From the IMG/VR virus record IMGVR_UViG_3300025881_000008, positions 1 to 64,000 of that record: a stretch of 64,000 nt of DNA. The stretch is one strand, 5' to 3'. This document shows, piece after piece, positions 39,725 to 47,987 of this stretch (positions are counted from its first letter, which is position 1; every line of letters begins with the position of its first letter). Under the pieces are notes generated by a model that did not search any database, had not been told where the DNA came from, and saw nothing but the letters and a program-made list of their open reading frames with translations. The DNA is from a virus. The translations under genes were made by a program, and so were the position numbers.

Positions 39725-41128
39725 TTACAGTTTAAATTTTTTTTCAATTTCGTGTGCCTTCTCATAATATGAGTATGAGGTCTTTTTATAGTCTTTACGT
39801 TGAGCATATAAATCACTCAGAATTTTCTTAAGAATAGAGTCTTCTTTCTTAAAGACTACACCATTCTCACAAACGATTACCGACTCATCTTTTCGTCTTT
39901 CGTTAATATCTGCTTGTGGTATTTGTTCAACATAGGATTCGGGGGAAATATTAAATTGTCTCATAATAGATGGATATAGAGAGGCAAAGTCAAATGCACT
40001 TACTCCACTGTAGTATCCAACAATAGGTTGCTTTACAAATGCTCCTTCAAATTTACCATCTTTAAGAGAATCCGCTTTACCATACTCTACTCCAATTTTT
40101 TTATTTGTTTCAGCTAGCTTTCTGGCTAATAGTGATTCTGTAATTGCCACTGGTGATGAGGCTTTATAAAGAGGCATTCTAGTAATAGTGGCCAATGTTA
40201 ATAGAACTTCCATTGATCTTAATTGCTTGTCTATATAATAAACCAAACAGGAGTCAATTACGTTGTAGTAGACATATTTAGTAAAATCATTTTCATAAAG
40301 ATCTTGTAATGAACCTGTGTATTTAATTTTGGTAACATCTAAAACTGCACCTGACACAAAGTCTAATGAGTTAGATTCTTTTACCGCAACTGATCTGTCA
40401 TATTTGTCATATAATTGCATGTAATCTAAAATACCCATATGAAGAGGTCTACTATCATTTCTGTCAAGTGATCCAGTGATCGCCACATCAGTCAGGTCGA
40501 TCTGAAGTCTCTTGCAACGATTAACTATATACTGCCAGTCATAGTTGATAAAATTCCATCCAGTCATCATTGGGAACTTAGGTAAAAACTTATGCAAGAA
40601 TGTATATAACATATTGTACTCATTATCAAATTTATGATATGAGAATTCCCAATCTTGATCATAGTTCTTTAGGTGGGCATTAGTATCTTTCTCAATTTTA
40701 GCAATCTGCTCTGATGTTAAATCTTCAAGACCTAATACAATTGCTTTACGCTCAGGCGTGATGATCGAGAAGGTTAAGATACGTGACTTAGCCTCTTCTG
40801 GTTTTGGGAAACCATCAACGATTTCTGTTTCAATATCGACGAAATATGTTCGAGGCATATTGAATTCATAAATCTCTTCTTTATCTGCCGCTGGCAGGCT
40901 ATCCATAAAATAGAGTAGACTGAACTTATTAAATGACTTAGCGATACCTCTTTTTAGTGGGCGATTGTCCCAGTTTCTAAAAGTCTTATCCTTATATTTA
41001 TCTTTTTCTTCTGTAACTACCCAATTTTGGAATTGGTTTACAGTGTATCTTTTAAAGGAAACTTTACCCTCTTTGTCATAATAAGAGATGATAAGTTCCT
41101 TGTCAGTTTGTTCAATGTCTAATAGCAT
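39725..41128 (-). CDS. Family B DNA polymerase, N-terminal subunit (3'-5' exonuclease plus motif A)
   Basis: ExoI DIET, ExoII GWNFINYD, ExoIII YNVID, motif A FDFASLYPS, NISPE. Confidence 0.92.
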   Translation of the reverse strand: MLLDIEQTDKELIISYYDKEGKVSFKRYTVNQFQNWVVTEEKDKYKDKTFRNWDNRPLKRGIAKSFNKFSLLYFMDSLPAADKEEIYEFNMPRTYFVDIETEIVDGFPKPEEAKSRILTFSIITPERKAIVLGLEDLTSEQIAKIEKDTNAHLKNYDQDWEFSYHKFDNEYNMLYTFLHKFLPKFPMMTGWNFINYDWQYIVNRCKRLQIDLTDVAITGSLDRNDSRPLHMGILDYMQLYDKYDRSVAVKESNSLDFVSGAVLDVTKIKYTGSLQDLYENDFTKYVYYNVIDSCLVYYIDKQLRSMEVLLTLATITRMPLYKASSPVAITESLLARKLAETNKKIGVEYGKADSLKDGKFEGAFVKQPIVGYYSGVSAFDFASLYPSIMRQFNISPESYVEQIPQADINERRKDESVIVCENGVVFKKEDSILKKILSDLYAQRKDYKKTSYSYYEKAHEIEKKFKL

Positions 41129-41595
41129 TAGTAGCCTCTTTTTTGACGGTTCTTATTTTCTTCTGCTTTTGCGAAATAATAATTATATGCTGTCTTTGCA
41201 TCGAGGCCAATTGATGCCGCATAATTAATAAAGAAGTGCAATACATCAATCCACTCCATAAAAAGTTCTTTACGATCATCTTCTGATAGATCAGAAACTT
41301 TTATTGTCTCGTACTTTTTAAAGTCTGCTTTCCAGTATTTCCAAACTGCGTTCCCTGAGCCATCTTTAATGCCTCCTAATGCGTCTGTCATTTCGTGTAG
41401 TTCATCTATCACTGCATGTGTGTTAACATGCCAGAAGTCCATTACCTCGCGAATAGACATGTTCTCAAACTTAATGCCATAAGTTTTTTCTTGCATCTCT
41501 TTTTGATGAGACATAATGTCTTCTAAGTGTGTCGTTGAATCATTGTAAAAATCTTTTACTTCAAGATCTTTGCATTCGTTATCTATATTTGCCAT
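41128..41595 (-). CDS. Dimeric all-alpha dNTP pyrophosphatase (dUTPase_2 / T4 gp56-like)
   Basis: DELHEM, WKYWK, EWIDVLHFF, KAEENKNRQ. Confidence 0.85.
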   Translation of the reverse strand: MANIDNECKDLEVKDFYNDSTTHLEDIMSHQKEMQEKTYGIKFENMSIREVMDFWHVNTHAVIDELHEMTDALGGIKDGSGNAVWKYWKADFKKYETIKVSDLSEDDRKELFMEWIDVLHFFINYAASIGLDAKTAYNYYFAKAEENKNRQKRGY

Positions 41596-41645
41596 ATGTA
41601 ATTTGTTATATTATTAGTATGCTAATTTGTGAGATAGTTTCATTG

Positions 41646-42542
41646 TTATTTGTCCATTTCTAAAACTTCTCCCCATTCTCTTTGAGAATTAGTTTTTTCT
41701 TTAGTTTCTTCTGATTCTGGATAGGGTTGTCCACCTACATTCCAAAACCATGCACCGGGCGTTCCGTGTTTTTTCATAAATTCCCAAGCTTTAGCATCAT
41801 AGTTCATTGCAGATGGAAATGGTGGTGCGTATTTAGGATTTACATCAGCGGCAAATGCCTTAGGATGTGACCAAACTTTTGCTTTACCTAATTCACCATC
41901 TTTAATATTCCTAGATACTGCTACTGCGTTAAATTGAGCATCTGGCCATGCAATCTGCAAAGAGCGCTGTAATACGCCTGTTGAAATAGCAGACCAAACC
42001 TCTTCGGGGTATCCATGTTTTTCTGCAATATCATACGCTACTTTAACAGCCGCTGCTGTTACTAATTCATGTTTTAAACCCAATGGTATAAAAGTTGCAT
42101 TGTTTGCTTCCGCCCATTCTTTTGCTATTTTATTTAAATTTGGCATGGCAGCAATTCTTCTGAACTTAGGTATTGCACCCCTCTCAATACAAATAGCTTG
42201 ATGATCTGAAATTACTTTACCTGAAGGCATAAATAAAACCAGTTTCTTGTTATACTTATTTGCCAAATAAGCAAGAGAAATTCCCGCAAATCCAAATCTG
42301 GGCTGTACATAAACTAATGTATCTGTTGGTGCTTTTTGAACTAAAATATCTCCGAATCTACATTTGGATCCAAACCCCATCATATCATCTCTGACTACAT
42401 TGAAACCATCGTGATTCATTATAATAGGATCTTCTAGTGGATCTTTCCAGTCACCAGCTAAATCTAACCATGCTTGTCTATTTGGCATCATTAGATTTAA
42501 GTCTTGGTTCATTTTACTTGTTGTGTGAGTATCATGTGCCAT
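41646..42542 (-). CDS. PLP-dependent enzyme (fold type II) of the kind found in DNA hypermodification clusters
   Basis: VVRDD...GSK (PLP lysine), GFAGISLAY, STGVL, PPFPSAMNYDAKAW, FWNVG. Confidence 0.75.
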   Translation of the reverse strand: MAHDTHTTSKMNQDLNLMMPNRQAWLDLAGDWKDPLEDPIIMNHDGFNVVRDDMMGFGSKCRFGDILVQKAPTDTLVYVQPRFGFAGISLAYLANKYNKKLVLFMPSGKVISDHQAICIERGAIPKFRRIAAMPNLNKIAKEWAEANNATFIPLGLKHELVTAAAVKVAYDIAEKHGYPEEVWSAISTGVLQRSLQIAWPDAQFNAVAVSRNIKDGELGKAKVWSHPKAFAADVNPKYAPPFPSAMNYDAKAWEFMKKHGTPGAWFWNVGGQPYPESEETKEKTNSQREWGEVLEMDK

Positions 42543-42543
42543 A

Positions 42544-43215
42544 TTAAAAGTTTGTTTTAGGTCCTAAATATTCTGGACTAGTCATATATTTGTTATGGTA
42601 TTCCATTACTTTGTTTCTAGCTTCATCTGCACTATCGACAATTCTAAATAGATCAAAATCCTTTTCACTCATTCTACCTGAACCCAATAATTGATCCTTC
42701 ATCCAATCAATTAAACCGCCCCAGTACTTTTTACCGACTAGGACTATTGGATATGTTATATTATGGCCGGTCTGTGCAAGGGTTATGGCTTCGAACATTT
42801 CATCTAATGTACCCACTCCACCTGGAAAAATAACAAAGGCTTGTGAATATTTAAGAAACATTACTTTACGAGTAAAGAAATATCTACATTCTACTCCGAG
42901 GTCAACATATTTGTTCATGCCAGATTCAAATGGTAATTCAATTCCAATTCCAATAGATTTTCCACCTACTTCTTTAGCGCCGTGGTTTGCGGCTTGCATA
43001 ATACCAGGTCCACCTCCAGTAATCACTCCAAACCCTTCACAGGCTATTAGCTTACCGAATAGTTTCGCCTCTTCATACCATTTAGTTCCTGTCATTGTTC
43101 TAGCACTTCCAAAAACGGAAATACAGGGTCCTAATTCACTGAATGTATCAAATCCTTTGGTAAATTCACCCTGGATTCGCATGATCTGCCATGCGTCTTC
43201 TGCTTTATTTCTCAT
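42544..43215 (-). CDS. LOG-family nucleotide 5'-monophosphate phosphoribohydrolase
   Basis: FGSAR, TGGGPGIM, FFTRK, PGGVGTLDE signature. Confidence 0.9.
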   Translation of the reverse strand: MRNKAEDAWQIMRIQGEFTKGFDTFSELGPCISVFGSARTMTGTKWYEEAKLFGKLIACEGFGVITGGGPGIMQAANHGAKEVGGKSIGIGIELPFESGMNKYVDLGVECRYFFTRKVMFLKYSQAFVIFPGGVGTLDEMFEAITLAQTGHNITYPIVLVGKKYWGGLIDWMKDQLLGSGRMSEKDFDLFRIVDSADEARNKVMEYHNKYMTSPEYLGPKTNF

Positions 43216-44420
43216 ATATTAGCTACCATTTTTTTATATTCTTCTACTGAAACATTAGCAGATTGTAGTATTTTATCATCTGACGGGAATGAAGTCATGC
43301 CATTAAATGTTTCAACTAGACCTAAGTCTAACATTGCTTTTTGTCTACCATACGGATGGTCTTTGATAGAAGACGAGTTCCATAAAGTATCCATGTTAAT
43401 ATGTGCATAATCAGCACCAGGTCTTAGATAGTTTTCAATCCATCTAATAAAGTCGCATGCAACATCTTCTGCATTATATGGCAATGAACCAGTGTCTTCG
43501 TATATTTTAGTCATTACTGCATCTAGAAACGGTTCACTTCTTTTACCTTTGTAATCGACCGGATCTGCTAAATAACCAATACATTCTACTGCATTTGTGC
43601 CGTAATAGAACATTGATTCTCTGTTGATATATTCTGGGTACCAGTCAGCCACGTCTGCAATAACAGCTGCGTATTGGAATTTATATTGTCTCAGTCCGTT
43701 TGCAACATTCCAATCAAACATCCATTGACCAAGTTGTCTTAAGTCTTTTTTACCACCATCTCTCAAATAACCTGCCATGTCTCTAGCCAATCTTGGTGCA
43801 AATTCACACAAGAAATAATCCCCGCCTCGTTTATAGACATATTCTGGTTCTTTAAATGATGACATACCAACAAAACTATCCTCATTTTGAGTTGGTTGTG
43901 GAGGTTTAGGAAATGCTGGAAATTGATAACCAACTGAAGTGTAGAATGGCGTTGGGTGGTATTTTACCTTTTCACACATTTCTTCAATTGTATCGCAATC
44001 GTGTAGATCAAATAGGATTGTATTATGATAACCAGATGGTTTGGTAGCGTAGTTAATTGCTGAGCCACAAACTCGATGGAGAATAAAAACATACAACCAT
44101 TCTTCTAGGCCAAAAATATCTTGTCGACTAGTCCAATTTTTTGCAACCTCTTCTCTTTGGGGGTAAATTTTACCAGCTTGCATATGTTGCCAATACGGAT
44201 GTTTATCTGTCCATCCATAAAAACAATCATTTATAATTTGACTAAAACCAGCATACTTTCGTTCCACAACATCATACAGTTGTATATGTTCCATTAAAGG
44301 ATCATTCATACCACTTTCATCATGTGGCACCATGCCTAAATTACTAAGCTCTTGTTGTTTTAATGCTAAATTAAAATACCTAATAAATTCGTCATAATAT
44401 TGGGTTGTCTTAATTTTCAT
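43212..44420 (-). CDS. aGPT-Pplase-like (amino acid:DNA transferase) helical DNA-modification protein
   Basis: DPLMEHIQLYDVVER, FQYAAVIAD, YYGTNA and EDVACDFIRW line up by eye with the DPIL..YRFTNV.R, F.AY....D, GPGA and E..LCEF.KY motifs of that family. Confidence 0.6.
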   Translation of the reverse strand: MKIKTTQYYDEFIRYFNLALKQQELSNLGMVPHDESGMNDPLMEHIQLYDVVERKYAGFSQIINDCFYGWTDKHPYWQHMQAGKIYPQREEVAKNWTSRQDIFGLEEWLYVFILHRVCGSAINYATKPSGYHNTILFDLHDCDTIEEMCEKVKYHPTPFYTSVGYQFPAFPKPPQPTQNEDSFVGMSSFKEPEYVYKRGGDYFLCEFAPRLARDMAGYLRDGGKKDLRQLGQWMFDWNVANGLRQYKFQYAAVIADVADWYPEYINRESMFYYGTNAVECIGYLADPVDYKGKRSEPFLDAVMTKIYEDTGSLPYNAEDVACDFIRWIENYLRPGADYAHINMDTLWNSSSIKDHPYGRQKAMLDLGLVETFNGMTSFPSDDKILQSANVSVEEYKKMVANI

Positions 44421-44574
44421 TTTGCTCAATTATTTTCCATGCAAATGGATCTCTATTTCTAGCATATTCATCCATTGACCATTCTATATCACCAGTGGTA
44501 ATTTCTATACTATATGATGCATCCGTAGCATGATATGGTGTTATCTCTATCTTGTATAATTTAGTGTATTTCAT
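44410..44574 (-). CDS. Small hypothetical protein (54 aa)
   Basis: Hand-translated MKYTKLYKIEITPYHATDASYSIEITTGDIEWSMDEYARNRDPFAWKIIEQNEN. Confidence 0.55.
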   Translation of the reverse strand: MKYTKLYKIEITPYHATDASYSIEITTGDIEWSMDEYARNRDPFAWKIIEQNEN

Positions 44575-44575
44575 T

Positions 44576-45685
44576 TTAAAATAATGCTGTTTGTATTTGT
44601 ACTACTTTTAGTTTTTTATTTGGTTCATTATTAACAAGATCCCATCGATAAAATTCTCTAGCGATGTGAACTGATTTAGGTTTTTCCATTACATCAAAAC
44701 TTAACTCACCAATCGGATTTTTATATGCACCTGAGTGTTTCCATGTACTCCATCCATTGCGAGTACACATATCAACAATCATTTCATTCATAAGTTTCAC
44801 AAGATCAGTTCTCTCTTGCCAAGAACCAGCAAATGGGGTGTCTTTATAATAACCAGTCTTTGGTAATTGCCTAGACTCATTCTCAATTGGCAATGCTTGT
44901 ATAACTTCAATGGTTTTAATACCCGATTGTTGAAGTGTTTGTTCATATTGCACCATCATCTTAGTCAGTGCTGATACGGGATCATCCTGTCGCATTAAAT
45001 GATGTCTTATGTCGATATTACCAAGATATATCCTAAGCTCATTAGTCCATGGGTATACATAATCTAATAGACCTCTCTTTAGAGTTCCAAATAGAGTTAA
45101 ACCATCATTACGATTGACCATAAAACCTGGCGTATATTGACTAAAACTATGTGAGTCTCCAAAGCAAAGCTTATCGGTCTTTTCAATATGGTCTACTCTT
45201 TGGATTCCAGAGCAAATCTCTCTAGCCTCTTCAATTCTAGTCTCAAGTGTTTTAAATAGTTCCGAGCCAGTCTTTAATCTCTTCTCAATTAATTCTGCAA
45301 TTGAAGGCATATCATGATGTAGTGAATACATCCTAGGACCTTTAGTAAAAAGTCTATTAATCTGGTGGAATAACTCGTCGTTAGCCCCGCCGAATATATT
45401 GAACGCACCTTTATATTCCATACCATGCTCAAGAAGGACTACATCAAATTCCGACCAGTCCGTAGTCCAATCTGTAATTACAGTAGCATTCTTATAACCA
45501 GCATTTACCAATTGGTTACACAGCATAAAAGCCCAACCAGACTTATGTGAGCTTGGCTTAGGGCTTAATTTACCAACAAGTGCAGATATTGCTATCTTAA
45601 TTGACTTGTCAGATTCATAATCTGTAAAGTATTTAAAGTTCTGCATCTTCTGTACCCATTGGTTTTTCAGTTTCACCATAACCAT
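44576..45685 (-). CDS. Two-domain protein with C-terminal SGNH/GDSL hydrolase-acyltransferase fold
   Basis: Block I FGDSHS, block III LGNID, block V-like SVH; start uncertain (MQNFK is plausible). Confidence 0.6.
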   Translation of the reverse strand: MVMVKLKNQWVQKMQNFKYFTDYESDKSIKIAISALVGKLSPKPSSHKSGWAFMLCNQLVNAGYKNATVITDWTTDWSEFDVVLLEHGMEYKGAFNIFGGANDELFHQINRLFTKGPRMYSLHHDMPSIAELIEKRLKTGSELFKTLETRIEEAREICSGIQRVDHIEKTDKLCFGDSHSFSQYTPGFMVNRNDGLTLFGTLKRGLLDYVYPWTNELRIYLGNIDIRHHLMRQDDPVSALTKMMVQYEQTLQQSGIKTIEVIQALPIENESRQLPKTGYYKDTPFAGSWQERTDLVKLMNEMIVDMCTRNGWSTWKHSGAYKNPIGELSFDVMEKPKSVHIAREFYRWDLVNNEPNKKLKVVQIQTALF

Positions 45686-45944
45686 ACTTCTTAATATAGT
45701 TATCTAAGCCACCGATATACGCCACTGCGTCAAGTAGATTGTCTTCTTTATAATTATATGAATGTCTACTTAGTTTTAATGCAACAAGTGCTGCGTACAT
45801 GTCCGCTCCGGTGAATTCTTTACCAGTCATTCCGCCACAAATCATTGCAGCTCGGCGCATGCCTTCTTCAAAAGGACCATACATGCGTTCTTTCTCTTCT
45901 GAACGATGATTAATAATTTTGTCTGCTTCGTTTAAAATATTCAT
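45633..45944 (-). CDS. DUF6378-like all-alpha nucleotide pyrophosphohydrolase
   Basis: ILNEADKII...YGP...LKLSR...EDNLLDAVAY. Confidence 0.7.
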   Translation of the reverse strand: MNILNEADKIINHRSEEKERMYGPFEEGMRRAAMICGGMTGKEFTGADMYAALVALKLSRHSYNYKEDNLLDAVAYIGGLDNYIKKYGYGETEKPMGTEDAEL

Positions 45945-46010
45945 GTGTAATTGGTTTATTGTTATATGGTATATTTTTGATTTGTTTAGTTTTATTTAAG
46001 TTCTAAATTA

Positions 46011-46172
46011 TTAATCATTGTCTTTATTAGTGTTTATGTCTTTTTTCCAAGACTTGTCCTTTCTATTATATTTAGATTCGTCGCCATGGTCCTTTTGAAT
46101 CATTTTACGACGTATCATGGCAGCGAGATGCCTCTCGTTATATCCATCAATATCTTTTTTCTTCTTTGCCAT
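46011..46172 (-). CDS. Small basic protein (53 aa), ArfA-like features
   Basis: Hand-translated MAKKKKDIDGYNERHLAAMIRRKMIQKDHGDESKYNRKDKSWKKDINTNKDND; host-type promoter upstream. Confidence 0.55.
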   Translation of the reverse strand: MAKKKKDIDGYNERHLAAMIRRKMIQKDHGDESKYNRKDKSWKKDINTNKDND

Positions 46173-46207
46173 CTCGGTCTATCTTTTAATTACAGTGTAA
46201 ATATAAT

Positions 46208-46238
46208 AAAAAAAGGCCAAACAAAAAAATGTTTGGCC
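46208..46238 (-). terminator. Intrinsic terminator closing the internal-protein cluster
   Basis: Minus strand GGCCAAACA-TTTTTT-TGTTTGGCC-TTTTTTT. Confidence 0.75.
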
Positions 46239-46272
46239 AATTATTTTCAAAAAGTTATTAACAACCTTAGAT

Positions 46273-47451
46273 CTAGTAAGATAATCTATCTTCTATCTGT
46301 TTTCTTTTAGTTTTTAAAGCATCAATGCGATCTTCGATTGCATTTAGTTCACCGCCATATCTGTTAGCATCTTCATCAGACCATTCAGTACCCCTTTCGC
46401 CAGCCTCTGATTCCATATCTTTATACAATTGAGATCTTTCTGAAGTTAAATCTTTAAGTTCATTTGCAATATCCCAAAGTTGATCTTCTAATACATCCCT
46501 TTGTTTACCATAAACTCTTTTCTTTTTGTCCAGCGCTGCTTGAGCTTTTTTAGCTGCCATTGTTGATTTCATTGCTCTCATTGCCACTAGAACTGGATCA
46601 TTAATATCTGTTGCCTCTTCAATAATTTCATTTGATTCGTGTACCAGAGATCTTTGTACTTCAGCGATATATTTTTGGAGTGACTTACCATAATAGCTTT
46701 CTAGTCCCTCAACTGCAGTTTTAGCACTGTTATTATAAATCTCATCAGCCGCCTTTCTACCCATTTTTGAATTAAGTACACCTAATGCCCCTGTTTCGGT
46801 TAGTTTATACTTTTTTTGAAGATCTTTTACGCCTTGATCAAAAAGAGTCTTAGCTTTCTTTTCATTAAAGCTAGTTTCTATTTGACCATAAAAACCATAT
46901 GACATATTAATATCATCTTGTGAGTATGCCTCGAACGTTTTGATATATTTCATTTTTTTTCTTTTCTTTTTATATTCTTCTTCGGCATCACCAGAACCTG
47001 CTGGAACATCACCTGATCCAACTGTACCATTACCTGGTAAAACTACTGGACCCATACCCGTTAAATTAGCAGGGGTTATGTTTTCGTCTACTGTAATTCC
47101 TCTCTTCTTTAAGATCTTTTCAATTTCTTGATAAGCTTTCTTATAATCGGATTTAGTATAGTGCATTCCTTTAGCATAATTAGCATAACCGTCTAATGCT
47201 CCGTTATACATTCCTAGTAATTCTTCATCTGACATACTATCATTAAATACAAACGGTCCAATAAATGCTTCATCTACCGTCTCTGGTAAACCAGTATGCT
47301 TTGTACTTGCAAAATCTTTCAACTGCTTAAGAGTCATATTATCTGCTAATTCTTTTATTTCAGCACTAACTTCATCAGATTTTAACTCACCCTTTTTATA
47401 AGCGTACGCTTGTCCCATTAATCTTTGTTGTGATTTACTTGTACTTGGCAT
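46273..47451 (-). CDS. Modular putative internal head protein; N-terminal DUF3008-like domain
   Basis: MPSTSKSQQRLMG...LKDFASTKHTGLP; internal MKYIKTFEAY; VDE/IEE linkers. Confidence 0.65.
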   Translation of the reverse strand: MPSTSKSQQRLMGQAYAYKKGELKSDEVSAEIKELADNMTLKQLKDFASTKHTGLPETVDEAFIGPFVFNDSMSDEELLGMYNGALDGYANYAKGMHYTKSDYKKAYQEIEKILKKRGITVDENITPANLTGMGPVVLPGNGTVGSGDVPAGSGDAEEEYKKKRKKMKYIKTFEAYSQDDINMSYGFYGQIETSFNEKKAKTLFDQGVKDLQKKYKLTETGALGVLNSKMGRKAADEIYNNSAKTAVEGLESYYGKSLQKYIAEVQRSLVHESNEIIEEATDINDPVLVAMRAMKSTMAAKKAQAALDKKKRVYGKQRDVLEDQLWDIANELKDLTSERSQLYKDMESEAGERGTEWSDEDANRYGGELNAIEDRIDALKTKRKQIEDRLSY

Positions 47452-47508
47452 AATTACTTCCTAGCGTATTGTTTTAATAGTATGTTTCATAATTGTATTG
47501 TTTTTTTA

Positions 47509-47919
47509 TTAATAGTTTTTTGCCAGTTTTTTCCAGTTAGACAATGTTTCTAATCCTAATAATATTTCTTCCATTCTTCCCAATGCATCATTGAAGTACG
47601 CATAACGCCTCTTTCCATCTACACCATCATGATTATTAATGACGTAGTATGATATGCTGCGCCCGTTTTTATTCAAGTAATCTAATGCGTGGTGATCTTC
47701 ATATCCAAATTTCTTTGTTAGAACATCGAATGTTTCTATGAATAAGAGCTTCATGTCAGGGACCTTCATATCGTTATATTTATAGTGTTTAAATGTACCA
47801 ATAAAAGATGATACTAATTTTTGTTCTACGTCTTTCCAGTCAAACTGTTCTTCTGATCCAAATCTCTTAGGAATACTTTGTTCGTTTAAAAATTGTTCAA
47901 ATAATTGTATGTGTTTCAT
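47509..47919 (-). CDS. Putative internal head protein
   Basis: Likely start MKHIQLFEQFLNE. Confidence 0.65.
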   Translation of the reverse strand: MKHIQLFEQFLNEQSIPKRFGSEEQFDWKDVEQKLVSSFIGTFKHYKYNDMKVPDMKLLFIETFDVLTKKFGYEDHHALDYLNKNGRSISYYVINNHDGVDGKRRYAYFNDALGRMEEILLGLETLSNWKKLAKNY

Positions 47920-47987
47920 AGTTTTAATTCTATAATTAAGCAGAGTACCATGGTTTAATCCAATACTCAAAGAATACTCTTTTGAAT

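Noticed and set aside
34833-41128. Split intein or intron joining the polymerase halves
   Set aside because: No intein N-terminal Cys/Ser block or His-Asn end is visible, and the intervening DNA is ordinary genes.
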